A stretch of DNA of 62,669 nt, the filler included, from Thelocarpon superellum (taxonomy: Eukaryota), in assembly GCA_026025795.1 (NCBI GenBank). It is 2 parts of 2 records of this genome, joined end to end, with 100 filler letters (N's around TTAATTAATTAA, not from the genome) between each part and the next. Parts side by side here need not be neighbours in the genome. Positions count along the whole stretch, not along the records: positions 31,474 to 62,669 come from JAPEUG010000194.1; 1 more part is not named here. One strand, written 5' to 3'. The notes below the pieces were generated by a model. It was not told the origin of the DNA. It did not search any database and was given only the letters and a program-made list of their open reading frames with translations. Within the stretch, counting starts at the first letter, position 1. Each line of letters starts with the position of its first letter. Position numbers and translations under genes: made by a program. Positions 48,066 through 58,962 of this stretch are shown one piece after another.

Positions 48066-49381
48066 TCAATCACCGCCTAATCGTCGACCAGCGCCGCGAC
48101 TTCTCCAGCTGCCCGTTAGACCGGCCAAACCAGAGGAAAGGCCACTGCTCGAGCCTTGCGATGGCGCAGGCCTTGCAGGATTGGGGGTGAAAGCGGTCCC
48201 GTGTGCTCGCGCGATGCGCGTGTGGCTCTTCGCGCGAGTACTACCTAGAAACCATTGCTTCACAAATGTCGGCGTCTGCAGGACGTTCTGTCCTCCGCCA
48301 AATGTCGGATACAGCCGGGTCAAGAAATCGTAGAGGTGGGCGGCAAGTAGTCCACTTCCTTGGACGAGTGCTGCTTCGGGCGATTGCATCAACAGCGTCA
48401 TCAACAGCATCACAAACGGAAGCCACCGCACTTGGAAGGTGACGACGAAATACGTCATCTTCTGCGTCGGCTTCTCTTGCGCATACGTATACGTCAACGC
48501 CATCACTAGGGCTATGACGCGGATCAGCCATGAACAGCTCGGTAGGCATGGCGGACTACCTTGGGTGAAGATCATCCCGCCAAACAGTGTGATGTTGGTG
48601 AACTGTAGTTTTGGTCAGCCGCGTTCCCCACACATCGTCCCCGAACGTTGAATGCAGCGGTATAGACAAGATAAAGTCAAGGGACAGAGATGTAGGGATC
48701 CGAAACCATCGCACGTAAACCAAGCATCACGCGGATTCTTTTCTCAATCAGGCCCACCATGCCTGTGCCGCACCTATGCCCTATGGATTGATTGCGAATG
48801 ACGGGCATAGGCGAAGCACAGGGGTAATCTTCCTCGTTTCCAGGAACCGCTGTAGCTAGGGGAGAGGCTACGCGGGCAGATATGCGAGGTGCAACCCAAA
48901 CACGCGACCACATTGGGGCGGGCGAGAACGTCCACGGAGATGGCATGCTTACCAAGATGACTGATGCGACAAACCCCAGGTAGACGAAGAAGTCTCCGGG
49001 TCCGCTAAATCGTGGCGAGTCTTTCTCAATGGAGCTCCCATAGGTGTAAACTAGTCCAAGTCAGCAAACCTGTGTCGATCGCTGGAGTGGCACCGCGTAC
49101 TAAAGTATGGATCGAGCAGGATTCCCAAGCTGGGACCGGTGATCAAGAAAGAGGTGAAGACGCGCCAGATCTGAGGAGGAAACGTCCAAAGATATCTTTG
49201 ATGAAAGATGAGGAGACTCCCAGGAAGGAGGTGTGAGTAGACTAAGATCGACGTTGCACATGCCGCTGCCGCGAGGGTTCTGAGTCTCGTTAGATCTGGC
49301 TGTGCTAACTCCACGAAGGTGTTTGGCAGGGACCATTCGATCTCACCTCGTCACCGGCGGAGCCGCCCAGAACGCCTCCAT
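48066..49381 (-). CDS. Derlin (Der1/Dfm1-like) ERAD protein, 5 exons
   Basis: MEAFWAAPPVTR|TLAAA, PPQIWRVFTSFLITG, SPRFSGPGDFFVYL, WLPFVML, GLLAAHLYDFLTR, SHP-like WRSRGAGRRLG. Confidence 0.9.
48688..48892 (-). ncRNA. Candidate intronic H/ACA box snoRNA (snR43/SNORA9-like guide) in Derlin intron 3
   Basis: Hairpin with CCUCG/CGAGG base and CCGCGUAGC/GCUAC-A-GCGG upper stem. H box AGAUUA at 48825-48830, further hairpins, terminal ACA at 48691-48693 plus 3 nt. Pocket UCUGC/UCCUG is complementary to LSU rRNA CAGGA-UA-GCAGA. Confidence 0.72.
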
Positions 49382-49785
49382 GGCTGCGATGAACCACTGG
49401 ATGTAATCACACGGGGGAGTCACGACGCAGCTACTATAAGACGGTGGACATGGCGGACGGCCAAGGCGGGGCTCAGAGGAAGATGCTCCGTGGTCGCTTT
49501 CGTGGAATTCGTGGGCCCGGAAAGCAGACGGCAGTTGCCAACCGTCGCTTCTACCTCCCTCTTTGTTTGTGACTAATTCGCGTAAAACTGCCCATCGCCT
49601 CGCGTCCGATGACGGAGAGGCGAAGGAGTGCCCCACCACCGTGGAGCACTCCCTCAGTAGAGTGTTGCTCCCAATGTTTTTACGTGTTGCTATTTGCCTC
49701 TCCGGATTACACTTCGCAGATTCTCCACCACAAGTTGTTCGTGCCAATTCCTGTCCAAATTACGTTGCAATCGCTGTTGGGACAA

Positions 49786-51350
49786 ATGACCGGATCCAAG
49801 TAAGAGCTGTATGCTCTCAGTCCTTGCGCGGTAGGCTAACTCACGGCAGGAAAGCGCTCCTTCTCGGGGCAGGCTTCGTGACCAAGCCGACGCTCGATCT
49901 GCTCAGCGAATGGGGCGTCCACGTCACGGTTGGTGGGTCAATCACGCCCAGATGAGACGCCTGAGAGGCGTGCTGACCAGGGCAGCTTGTCGGACCTTAG
50001 AGAGCGCCAAGAAATTGGCCCACGGTGTCAAGAATGCCACGCCCATCTCGCTCGACGTCGTCAACCCGGAGGCGCTTGATGAAGAGGTGGCCAAGGTCAA
50101 TGTGGTCATCAGCTTGATTCCATACACCTTCCACGCCACCGTCATCAAGTCGGCCATCCGCAAGAAGACGAACGTGGTGACGACCAGCTATGTGTCTCCT
50201 GCCATGCTGGAGCTCGAGAAAGAGGTCAAGGAGGCGGGCATCACCGTGATGAATGAGATTGGCCTGGATCCGGGCATTGACCATCTCTATGCCGTCAAGA
50301 CCATTGACGAAGTTCACAAAGCTGGCGGCAAGATCTTGGGCTTTCTATCGTACTGTGGAGGCCTTCCGGCCCCCGAGGCCTCGGACAACCCTTTGGGATA
50401 CAAATTCTCCTGGTCCTCCAGAGGCGTCTTGTTGGCCCTCCGAAATACCGCCAAGTACTACCAAGACGGGAAGATCGTGGAGATTCCAGGCCCGGAGCTG
50501 ATGGACACCGCCCAGCCATACTTCATCTACCCGGGCTTTGCCTTTGTGGCATACCCTAACCGGGACTCCACGCCCTACAAGGAGCGTTATCACATCCCAG
50601 AGGCCCAGACCATCATCCGAGGCACACTCCGCTATCAAGGCTTCCCCGAATTCGTCCGCGTCTTAGTGGATATCGGTTTCTTGAGCGAAGACAAGAAGGA
50701 TTTCTTGAAGCCGTCCGACCACCCCATCACCTGGAGGGAAGCGACGCGAAAGATTCTGAACTCCTCGTCGGGCAACGAATCGTATGGAGCCCTGTTCCAA
50801 TCGTTCGTCGCAGCGGTTGCTAACCAGAAGTAGGGATCTCATCTGGGCCATCTCCTCGGCGACCAAATTCCGCGACACCAAGGAGAAAGAACGGATCATC
50901 TCTGGGTTCCGCTGGCTGGGTCTCTTCTCAGACGACAAGATCGTCGGACGCGGCACTCCGCTCGATACCCTGTGTGCCACGCTGGAACGGAAGATGGAAT
51001 ACGAGGCCGGCGAGAGAGACATGGTGATGCTGCAGCACAAATTCGAGATCGAGCACAAAGACGGGAGCAAGGTAAGGCCCTCTTTCTTCGCCATGATCAC
51101 CTCATGGGCACTGACGCAGTCTGCGCAGGAAACGCGGACCTCGACGCTGGTCGACTATGGCGATCCCAAGGGATACTCGTCCATGGCGAAGCTGGTCGGC
51201 ATTCCGTGCGCGGTCGCCGTGCGCTTCGTGCTGGACGGCGCCATCTCGGAGAAGGGCATCCTGGCGCCCATGACCCCGGCCCTCAACAACCCGCTGATCA
51301 AGGAACTAAAGAAATACGGCATCGAGTGTCGGGAAAAGACACTAGCGTAG
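49786..51350 (+). CDS. LYS9: Saccharopine dehydrogenase (NADP+, L-glutamate forming), multi-exon
   Basis: KALLLGAGFVTKP, VISLIPYTFH, VTTSYVSP, MNEIGLDPGIDHLYA, SYCGGLPAPEASDNPLGYKFSWS, RGTLRYQGF, MVMLQHKF. Confidence 0.97.
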
Positions 51351-51491
51351 ATTCTAGGCCCTCAGAAAGAGGTATAGAAGGAATGAAACATGCATGAAGA
51401 TACTATGACCACTCCCATTACGCCCCTCTACCATAGAAAATCCACCCGCCAATGAGCGTCGGAAATGCCAACCTGCGAGAGAGATGACGGT

Positions 51492-51521
51492 CACGATCAC
51501 GATCACGATCACGATCACGAT
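51492..51521. repeat. (CACGAT)5 microsatellite spanning the KIN17 stop codon
   Basis: Read directly. Confidence 0.9.
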
Positions 51522-52614
51522 GACACGAGCTTTTGCTTCTTAAAGCCGCCTCCGCTGGACGCAAACGAGTGGTTGCTCTCCCGCGCTCGCTTCCGCTCAA
51601 TCTCCTCCTTCATGATCCGCTCCGCCTCGCTCATCGGCCGCTTGGGCGCCTCCTTGGTGATGCCGCCCTTTTTAACGCCTAACGGGTTGCTTTTCTTCGA
51701 CGCGGTGGCAAAGACGTTCTTCGCCTTGCCGCCTGTCATCTTAATCGCTGCCCCTCCCGCCGTCGGGGCATCTGACGCTGATTCTAATGCCGCCGGGTCG
51801 GACTTCTCGGGGCACTGGCTCTCGGTCCGCGGTCCGTCGTCTTCTCCAGTTAAGCCTCCGGTCGCAGGGGAAAGGTCCTTTGCTGCGGCCTTCTTCACGC
51901 CAAAGTTGAGCTTGATCGTTTCGCCCTCCTTCCGTTTCAGACCTTGCGTTGGACCCTCCTCGTCTGCAGACGCCGCCGTCGAGCCCTTCGTCTCCGCCGC
52001 TCGTCGCGCCCGCGCCACCTGCTCACGGATCAATTGCTGCTCGCGCTCTTCGTCCCCCTTATCCTGACGTTCCTTCTTCCGGATGGCATCTTGTCGCCGT
52101 AAGGCCTCGGGTGAGTTGTCGATCCACGCAACTAGAATCCCCTTTTCCGTTTCCTCGACCCGGCAAATGCCTTCCCGACCCAGGTGTTTGGCGTACTCGG
52201 TCAGCGATGGCCATTTGGTGGCGTTCATATGAACGTGCTCCTTATTGGCAATGTACTCCTGGTAGAAATGGTTGATGTTGACCTTCTTCTCGCCGTGGGC
52301 GGTCCGCAGCAGCTGGAGGAAGTCGCGCTGGAACTGATTGCTGAAGTCGTTGATGGCCTTGCGCGGATCCTCACCCACGATGAGCATCTGGCGCACGTGC
52401 GACTCCGACTGCGTGTGGCATTTGAAGCCATTCTCGTCGCGCATCTGGCGCTCGCAGGCCTATCGGGGCCGTTAGTCACGGTCGACGAGCGTGGAAGAAG
52501 GGGCGTGGTGGGGGGCACGACACTCACCTGGCAGTACCATCGTAATCGCTGTAGACCTTTGGACTTCAGCTTGTTGTTCAGATGCTTCGTCGAGCCTACT
52601 TCTGCGCGCGGCAT
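51515..52614 (-). CDS. KIN17: KIN17/Rts2 zinc-finger DNA/RNA-binding protein (2 exons)
   Basis: KSKGLQRLRWYCQ|ACERQMRDENGFKCHTQSESH, NHFYQEYIANKEHVHMNATKWPSLT, WIDNSPEALRRQ. Confidence 0.93.
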
Positions 52615-53158
52615 ATTGACCGGTCAGAGAGGACTCGCCCGTCGACGAGATGAGCAAGAACACTGAAATCGCGTAAAGCGTCGTGGCAGATGAAGCTGTA
52701 CCGTCCCCATCTGGAGGTTGTTTGGTGGCGAGATTACTAAGAGGATTCTTTCGTAGGGACAGATCCAGAGTCATGTGATCCCCACTCTGTTGCTCACCAC
52801 TCAACTTTCTCTGACGGTCACGATGCGTTCTTCAGGTCCTTCACAACCCCTAAAGACAATTTTGGAGAAAACGCAGATGTCATTTACTCATTTCAAGTCC
52901 TCTCAGTTTGTAGAGACTGCTGCGCCCGACCTCGGCTCGCCCTGCGGCCCTTATAAACAAGCTTCCGGTAAGCGACAGAGGTGCAATCGACGCTGTGGGG
53001 GAGCGATGCCGCGAAAGAGGGTGAGGAGAGAGCGCCTCCCGATGAGGATAGTGGAGAAATTGGTAATGATTCCACCTCGACCTCGACACCGCTGCCATTC
53101 TGATGATGTCCAATATGATTCGTCACGCCGATAGGGGACTCCGGGTTGTTCGCCGCGG

Positions 53159-53716
53159 TCATTGGTTGTTGTCCCATACAACAGGTCTGATGGCGACGCT
53201 TTCCGGCTCTTCACCCCTCCCATTTATTGATTTCGCCGGGACACATGTCACGTTTTGCGCCTCCGCTGCGCTGATGGCGTTCGTGACGCAGGTCGAGTCG
53301 TTGGTGTTCATCGTGAAGGCAAGGTCATATGACCTGTTGTCCGGTCGGTACCAGATCCGAGCATACCCGGACGGGTTATTGCCAAACACGTCGACCAGCG
53401 TCTCCCAGACGGTCGGCTCGCCATAGACCTGTCGTCGGTCGAGTTTGAAGCCGTCGCAACCTCCGTTATCGAGATTGTCCACGAGCCCCTTGCCCGCACC
53501 ATCTCTGACCCCTCCCTGCCAGTCGTCCTGCACCAGACTCGACTTGAAGTCACCCATCGTCCGGTTTCTGATCTCTAGGAAGAAGAAGTTCGTTCTAGCA
53601 TTCAGCTCCACGCACTGCGACGTCTTTACCTCTTCCCCGCGTGGGATGGCCGAGGCTGGCAGCAGAAGGAGGCCCACCACGACGAGAAGGGATGTACGGA
53701 GAGTCATGGCTCGCAT
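53159..53716 (-). CDS. Small secreted protein (185 aa, 4 Cys), effector-like, single exon
   Basis: Signal peptide MRAMTLRTSLLVVVGLLLLPASA; four Cys; several N-glycosylation sequons (NRT, NRS, NDS, NVT). Confidence 0.7.
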   Translation of the reverse strand: MRAMTLRTSLLVVVGLLLLPASAIPRGEEVKTSQCVELNARTNFFFLEIRNRTMGDFKSSLVQDDWQGGVRDGAGKGLVDNLDNGGCDGFKLDRRQVYGEPTVWETLVDVFGNNPSGYARIWYRPDNRSYDLAFTMNTNDSTCVTNAISAAEAQNVTCVPAKSINGRGEEPESVAIRPVVWDNNQ

Positions 53717-55961
53717 GGTGCCTTATGATCTGGTCTGCAAGTATCCGACGTGCGATCAGAGCTGCGGAAGATCAACTGGTGGAGTGAGCGTGTGGGGAAA
53801 GATCGGGCACAGGACGTGCGGCACGGTACTTGTATGACTCCGGGCCACGTCAGGGCCCAATTTCGTGGGGTCATGAAGGAATATCCCTTTGATCCGCGCG
53901 ACATGAGGTATTAATGGTCGCCATGTAATCCAATAGATCCATGGCCGGAAGGACCATCAGACGGACTGTGCGCTTCAATTGCGAGCGAAACGATAGTGCC
54001 GAAATACCCGTAAGCCAGGCGGTTGCGCGCGTTGACACCGACCGGAGGTGAAAGCGTTGGGCACCTTGCCCTCGTAACACAGACGTGGTCAAGGCATGAT
54101 CTTCAGGTCCCCAATCCTCCGTCGGAGATGATTAACGGGCACTCAATTAGTAGGTGTGAGTGGCGGCCAGCGAAGAAACATCGGCTACTCCCAGCATGGC
54201 CAGTGCCGCTCTTAAAGATTGAATCAAGCACACCTCAAAGCAGCGGGAGGTGTACGGAGTTCTTCGTCCAAGTCCCGCATCCCCGCAAGTTTGCCCCAAA
54301 GTAGTTACGTGGCTGGTCACGGCTCATCCAGCGCCAGCCAGGTCTTATCTCCCGAGGTCACAAATGGGTTAAACCAGGTCAGATCTCGAAGTCACTTCCT
54401 GGGATCGCCACATGGATAAGCTCGGACGATGACTTTCATGAGACGACGAATTGACGAGATAACTACCAGTTTGGCTGCGCTGAATTTGGCTTCACGGTCT
54501 GGCGTGCTTGGCTCCCCACTAGGGGCGGTGTGGGAGTGGACATGACCTGCTTGGCCCATCGCATCATGCTATTCTCGTGACTGACCACGCTTTTCCGAGC
54601 TCGTTTCCGGAATCGACACGGCACACGCCGACCGTCGTGCCGTCTCGACACTCCTTGCGCAACCCGAGATATCGTTTCTAATTCTCGGCGTCAGGCCACG
54701 GCTGATGGACCACTCATTCGTTGTCGCGCTGGTTTTGGCAATGCTCATTCATATCCACGATGGACCGGAGTGAGCGCTCCACGAACGTCCATCGTCGAGA
54801 ATATGACAGACGCCCCCCCCTTGGTCCTACTCTCGCGTATTTGCCAAGTCAAGACCCGAAGGTGTGGAACCAGAGTTGCTCTGGTGTCGACAACACCTGC
54901 GTCGGCTCGATGCTGTGCGACGGCCAACGAACCGGATCGGTGCCATGTCTCCAAAGGGGCCACCTGGTGTCCGCGAATGGCGTACGTCGTCTAGGTTGAC
55001 CTCGCATTTCTATCGTCAAGCTTTGACCGTGGCCTGGTACGCGTATGTTCAGACGAGCTTCCACCCCCTCTTGCACCCCCCCCCCCCACCCGGCTATTAC
55101 CCTGCAGATGTGGGTGTCGGCATGGCCGACGACCGTCCAGGAGGGCTACGACCTCTTACAGTCGCGCCCAGCCAGCCTTAGGTCAAACCCGTCCGATGGC
55201 GCATAAACCGTGTGCACGCACTTGTGTAGCCAACTCCGGTCGCGACCGACCAGGCCGTGGCAGAAAAGTCCGGACGCCTCTCTCTGCAGGAGCGAAAGGT
55301 GAGCGGCCTCTACGTGTGCTGTGTGGCGTGCGGGCAGCCAGACAATGATCACACGTCCCAATGGGACCGGTTGCATACGGCTCCGACCCGAGCCCCGGCG
55401 GCCAGAGCGCCACCGCGCTCCAGAGATGGGAACGTTGATAATCCGCCGCCATCACAGAAGCCGATGTGACGGCCGCGCCGGCGCGGGCGTCAGCGACCTC
55501 GACCTTCGTAGTCACGAGCTCGCTTCCTGACGCGGCCGTTGCTGGTCCCTTCCCATCATCATGGCCTTGGGCGGACCCAACAGACGTGACAGTTGAATTG
55601 AACGTTGCGTCTGCCACCCCTCGCCCATAGGCTCCCTTCTCTACCCTTCTCCTCTCCTTTCCTCCCCCTGCGCTTTCCACTCTTCGTGCTCTTCTGCTCT
55701 CCCTCCTCGGCATCTCATATCCTCCATGCCCCTCTCCACCACTCCAGTGAAACTTGGATGCCTCTGTGGGTCAAGCACCCGGCCGGCAGGGCGGAGACGA
55801 ACGGCATCGCCCGCCACCATTGAACTCGTCCCAGGATGATTCCGGTGAGCGCCTGTGTCCCAACGGGCATGGGCGATCTGCGCTGACAGGAGCTCGCCCG
55901 CTATGAGGTCGCTCCGCGTTTATCGTCCTGGCCCCAGGGCCAGTGGCAACGTCGTGCGACG

Positions 55962-57293
55962 ATGAGCGCCCCGATCGAGTCGCCTGTCCCCTTGGCGGCC
56001 GTGGCCTTGACCCTCCTCATGACCATCCTTTACATCCGGCAACGCATCGTCTCGCCAGTACAAACCGAAGGCCGTCTACAAGAGGCGAAGGAGAGCACTT
56101 CGACTGCAGGCGCGCAGCGCCGCGATCTTCACGAGATCGCGGACCAGACGCCGATCAAGGGCAAGGTGGTGTATGGCGTGCTCGCGTTGTGTGCGTTAGC
56201 CATCCTGATCTATTGTCTTGGTGAGTTGGTGAGATGGGGCATCGTCCGGCGCTCACGCTGATGCTGACCTCGACGGTGGAAGCTCAACGGGCAAAAAGCT
56301 TGAACGTCGGCAGTGTTCGGAAGATGAAGATGAATGTCATCCCGACACTCGTCTTCCTCATCTACGCCATCGCGCTATGCTTCATCTTCTCGGGCGCCAT
56401 TCTCCAGTTGGGGATTGGCCTAAATACGCTCGGGCGATGTCGGACGGCCATCGGCCTCTGCCTGGTCTTCTACGTCGGCGGCAAGGTGGTGTTATACATT
56501 TTCCTGGTGGAACGGGCGCACGCCATCCGTTCGTCGCGCTACGGTCGGACGCAGGACGCCATCTGGATCTCGGGGATGCTGATCGTGCTCATCGGCTTCG
56601 GGACCATCGCAACGCTGGCCTTCATCGAACCGGTGTACGAGATCTCTCCGGTGGACGGCCGGTGCCGGATTGGTCTACCCTTTCGGATCACATTGCCGCT
56701 GCTCATCTACGATATTTTGATCAACCTGATCATGACGGTGACCTTCTTCATCTTGCTACGGCCTTTCATGCGGAACGGGATGCCCCGCTTTACGCCGACG
56801 TGGATGGTCCAACTCTTCCGGCGCGTACAGCGGCGCCTGCACCTTCGCCCATCCTCGATCGATCCGACGCAGAGCGCACTGGATCACCGTGGCGTCTTGG
56901 AGCGACTGGCGTGGAAGAGCTTCATCGCCTGTCTCGCCGTCCTCGTCCCGACCGTGGCGAATCTGTCGATTTTGTTCTACATGAGCGGTCGAGAACAAGG
57001 CTGGCTCTGCTTCACCGCGTGTACGATCGATGGTACGTCATCGCGCTCCCTGGCTCCTTTCTCAGTCCTCCGGCGCCTAAGGCTTACCAGGCGCCGGGAC
57101 CATCTCAGTAACATGGAGCGTGATCGTCATCCACCTCCTCACCTCAGATCCCGCCGAAATGGAACACAAGGGACAGCCAGCGGCCGGCCCTCGCTCGTCC
57201 ATGTGGTCCAATGGCAGTAGCGAGGAGCGCGGCTGCGGAAGCGGAAGCGGAAGCGGTGTCGTGCTGACACGGATCGCCACGAATGAATCATGA
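55962..57293 (+). CDS. Multi-pass (about 7-TM) GPCR-like membrane protein; start may be at 55836
   Basis: Successive hydrophobic helices, YIFLVERAH, loop DGRCRIGLP, PLLIYDILIN, WLCFTACTID|VTWSVIVIHLLT; canonical introns. Confidence 0.75.
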
Positions 57294-58962
57294 TGGAGCT
57301 TTTTACGAGAAGATGGGTCTCGGAAGGGTAGCTAACAGCACGTGAGCCGAAACATGCTGCCGTCCATGCGCGCAATGGCGCCGGAGCGGACAGGGGTCGG
57401 GGTCAACTGACGATGGCCGCCGTTGGAGTTGGCGTAGGGTTCTGCTATTTGAATTGCATTGGATCGGGGACATGCACTCTCAAAAAGCACTTGTGACAGA
57501 GCATGTTACATGCACTTGCATCGGATAGGAGAGGCGAGCGCAGGCTGAATAGTACCACTCGGAGTACCAGTGGTCCTCTTAAGTCCGAGTACCGACCGTG
57601 ACCCTTCTGCTATCTCGGATGCGATGAATGACCTTGGGCCGAGGACGAGGACGAGTACGGCCCAGGGATCATCGCTGCGGGGCGTCGAAGTGGAACGCGG
57701 GCGCGGGAGTACGAGTGCAAGTACGAGTGGAGTCGGTCAGTAACGGCCAGGACAAGTAGCGACGCGTCGTCCCTAGCGTGCGTGGGTCGTGCGTCGAATG
57801 TGGCGCCCGCTCCCGGTAAGACGGCCTACCATGCCTCCGGTATACGACGTACTTGTATGACATTTAGGGAATTTGTCAAGGAAGGGTGTGCTCGTAACCA
57901 GCACCAGACTGCACCGTAGTCATGGGGCTCGTGGTGCTCGTGGTAGCCAGTTCAAAGGCGTTGCGGCTCTCCCAAGTGACTCGCAACGTCCGTGCAAGAC
58001 GGTGACGATCGTTTGTTTACATTTTCCCTCTGCGCGATTTGTGAGCTGCACCAGAGAGTGAGCAACGGAGTGGTCAACGCAAGCCCGAGTCTGGTCTCGG
58101 CCTCTTCACGTTCATCATTCGAACCTTCCCCGCCCTGGTCACGGCGGAATACCCGGACGAGTAATTGCCTCGACCATCGCGAGGAAACCCGACGTGACGC
58201 GCCCCACCGCTCTTGCCCGCATCGTGAGGGAGGGTCGACGCGTCGCGTCGCCAACTCGCTTGGCCCACCGCTTCTTGCCAGCTAGTCGGCGTCGTTAGCG
58301 CTCGCCCTCCTCTTCTCACCTACCCCCTCCGCCCATCACCCTCTACCCGCTCAAGACATCCCGCATCGTTCATCGACAGCGAATCATCGTGCTCGAACCA
58401 TCCCACTTTCATCCTCTCTTCCCTGCTCACCCCTGTCCTGGCCGTGCGTGGCACGCTCCGACGGAGGGACTGGCTTGCTGCACTTCCGCTCCTGCCGTCC
58501 CCTCTGGCCTTGGCTGGCCCACCATCCATCCCCCATCCCATTCCGACCTCGCTCGACCTTGCTCCCTCATCTCATTCCCACGCGAGGGCCAAGTGCATTC
58601 CCCACCTCACCTCGAGTCCCATCTCCCATCTCCATCTCCAACACGGCGGTCTCTTGGAGACGGATCGTGTGCATCAACTCGCGTGTCATCGTCGTCGCAT
58701 GCCACCGTTCGAACGCTCCGCCACGACGTGAGGTAAAGGCTCTCTGCGTCGACCAGTTCCCCTCACCCCTCTCTCCGTCGCTGCCCCTGCGCCAGGCCAC
58801 CCAGTCGTCGCTCATCATCGTGCATCATGAAGTTGCTAGAAGTCATGAAAGCCATAGGCTGACCACGATGACGCAGTTCCTCTCGCCCACCCCGTCATCA
58901 GGTCCGCCCTCTCATCCACGCGTCTCGTTGCCATCTCGTCGTAGGACGACCCGACCGTCACG

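Noticed and set aside
48677..48955. 92-aa ORF containing EEDYPCAS
   Set aside because: Lies inside the Derlin intron and is better explained by the structured snoRNA candidate.
53900..55800. Short ORFs in the long intergenic region
   Set aside because: No recognisable motifs or coherent exon structure.
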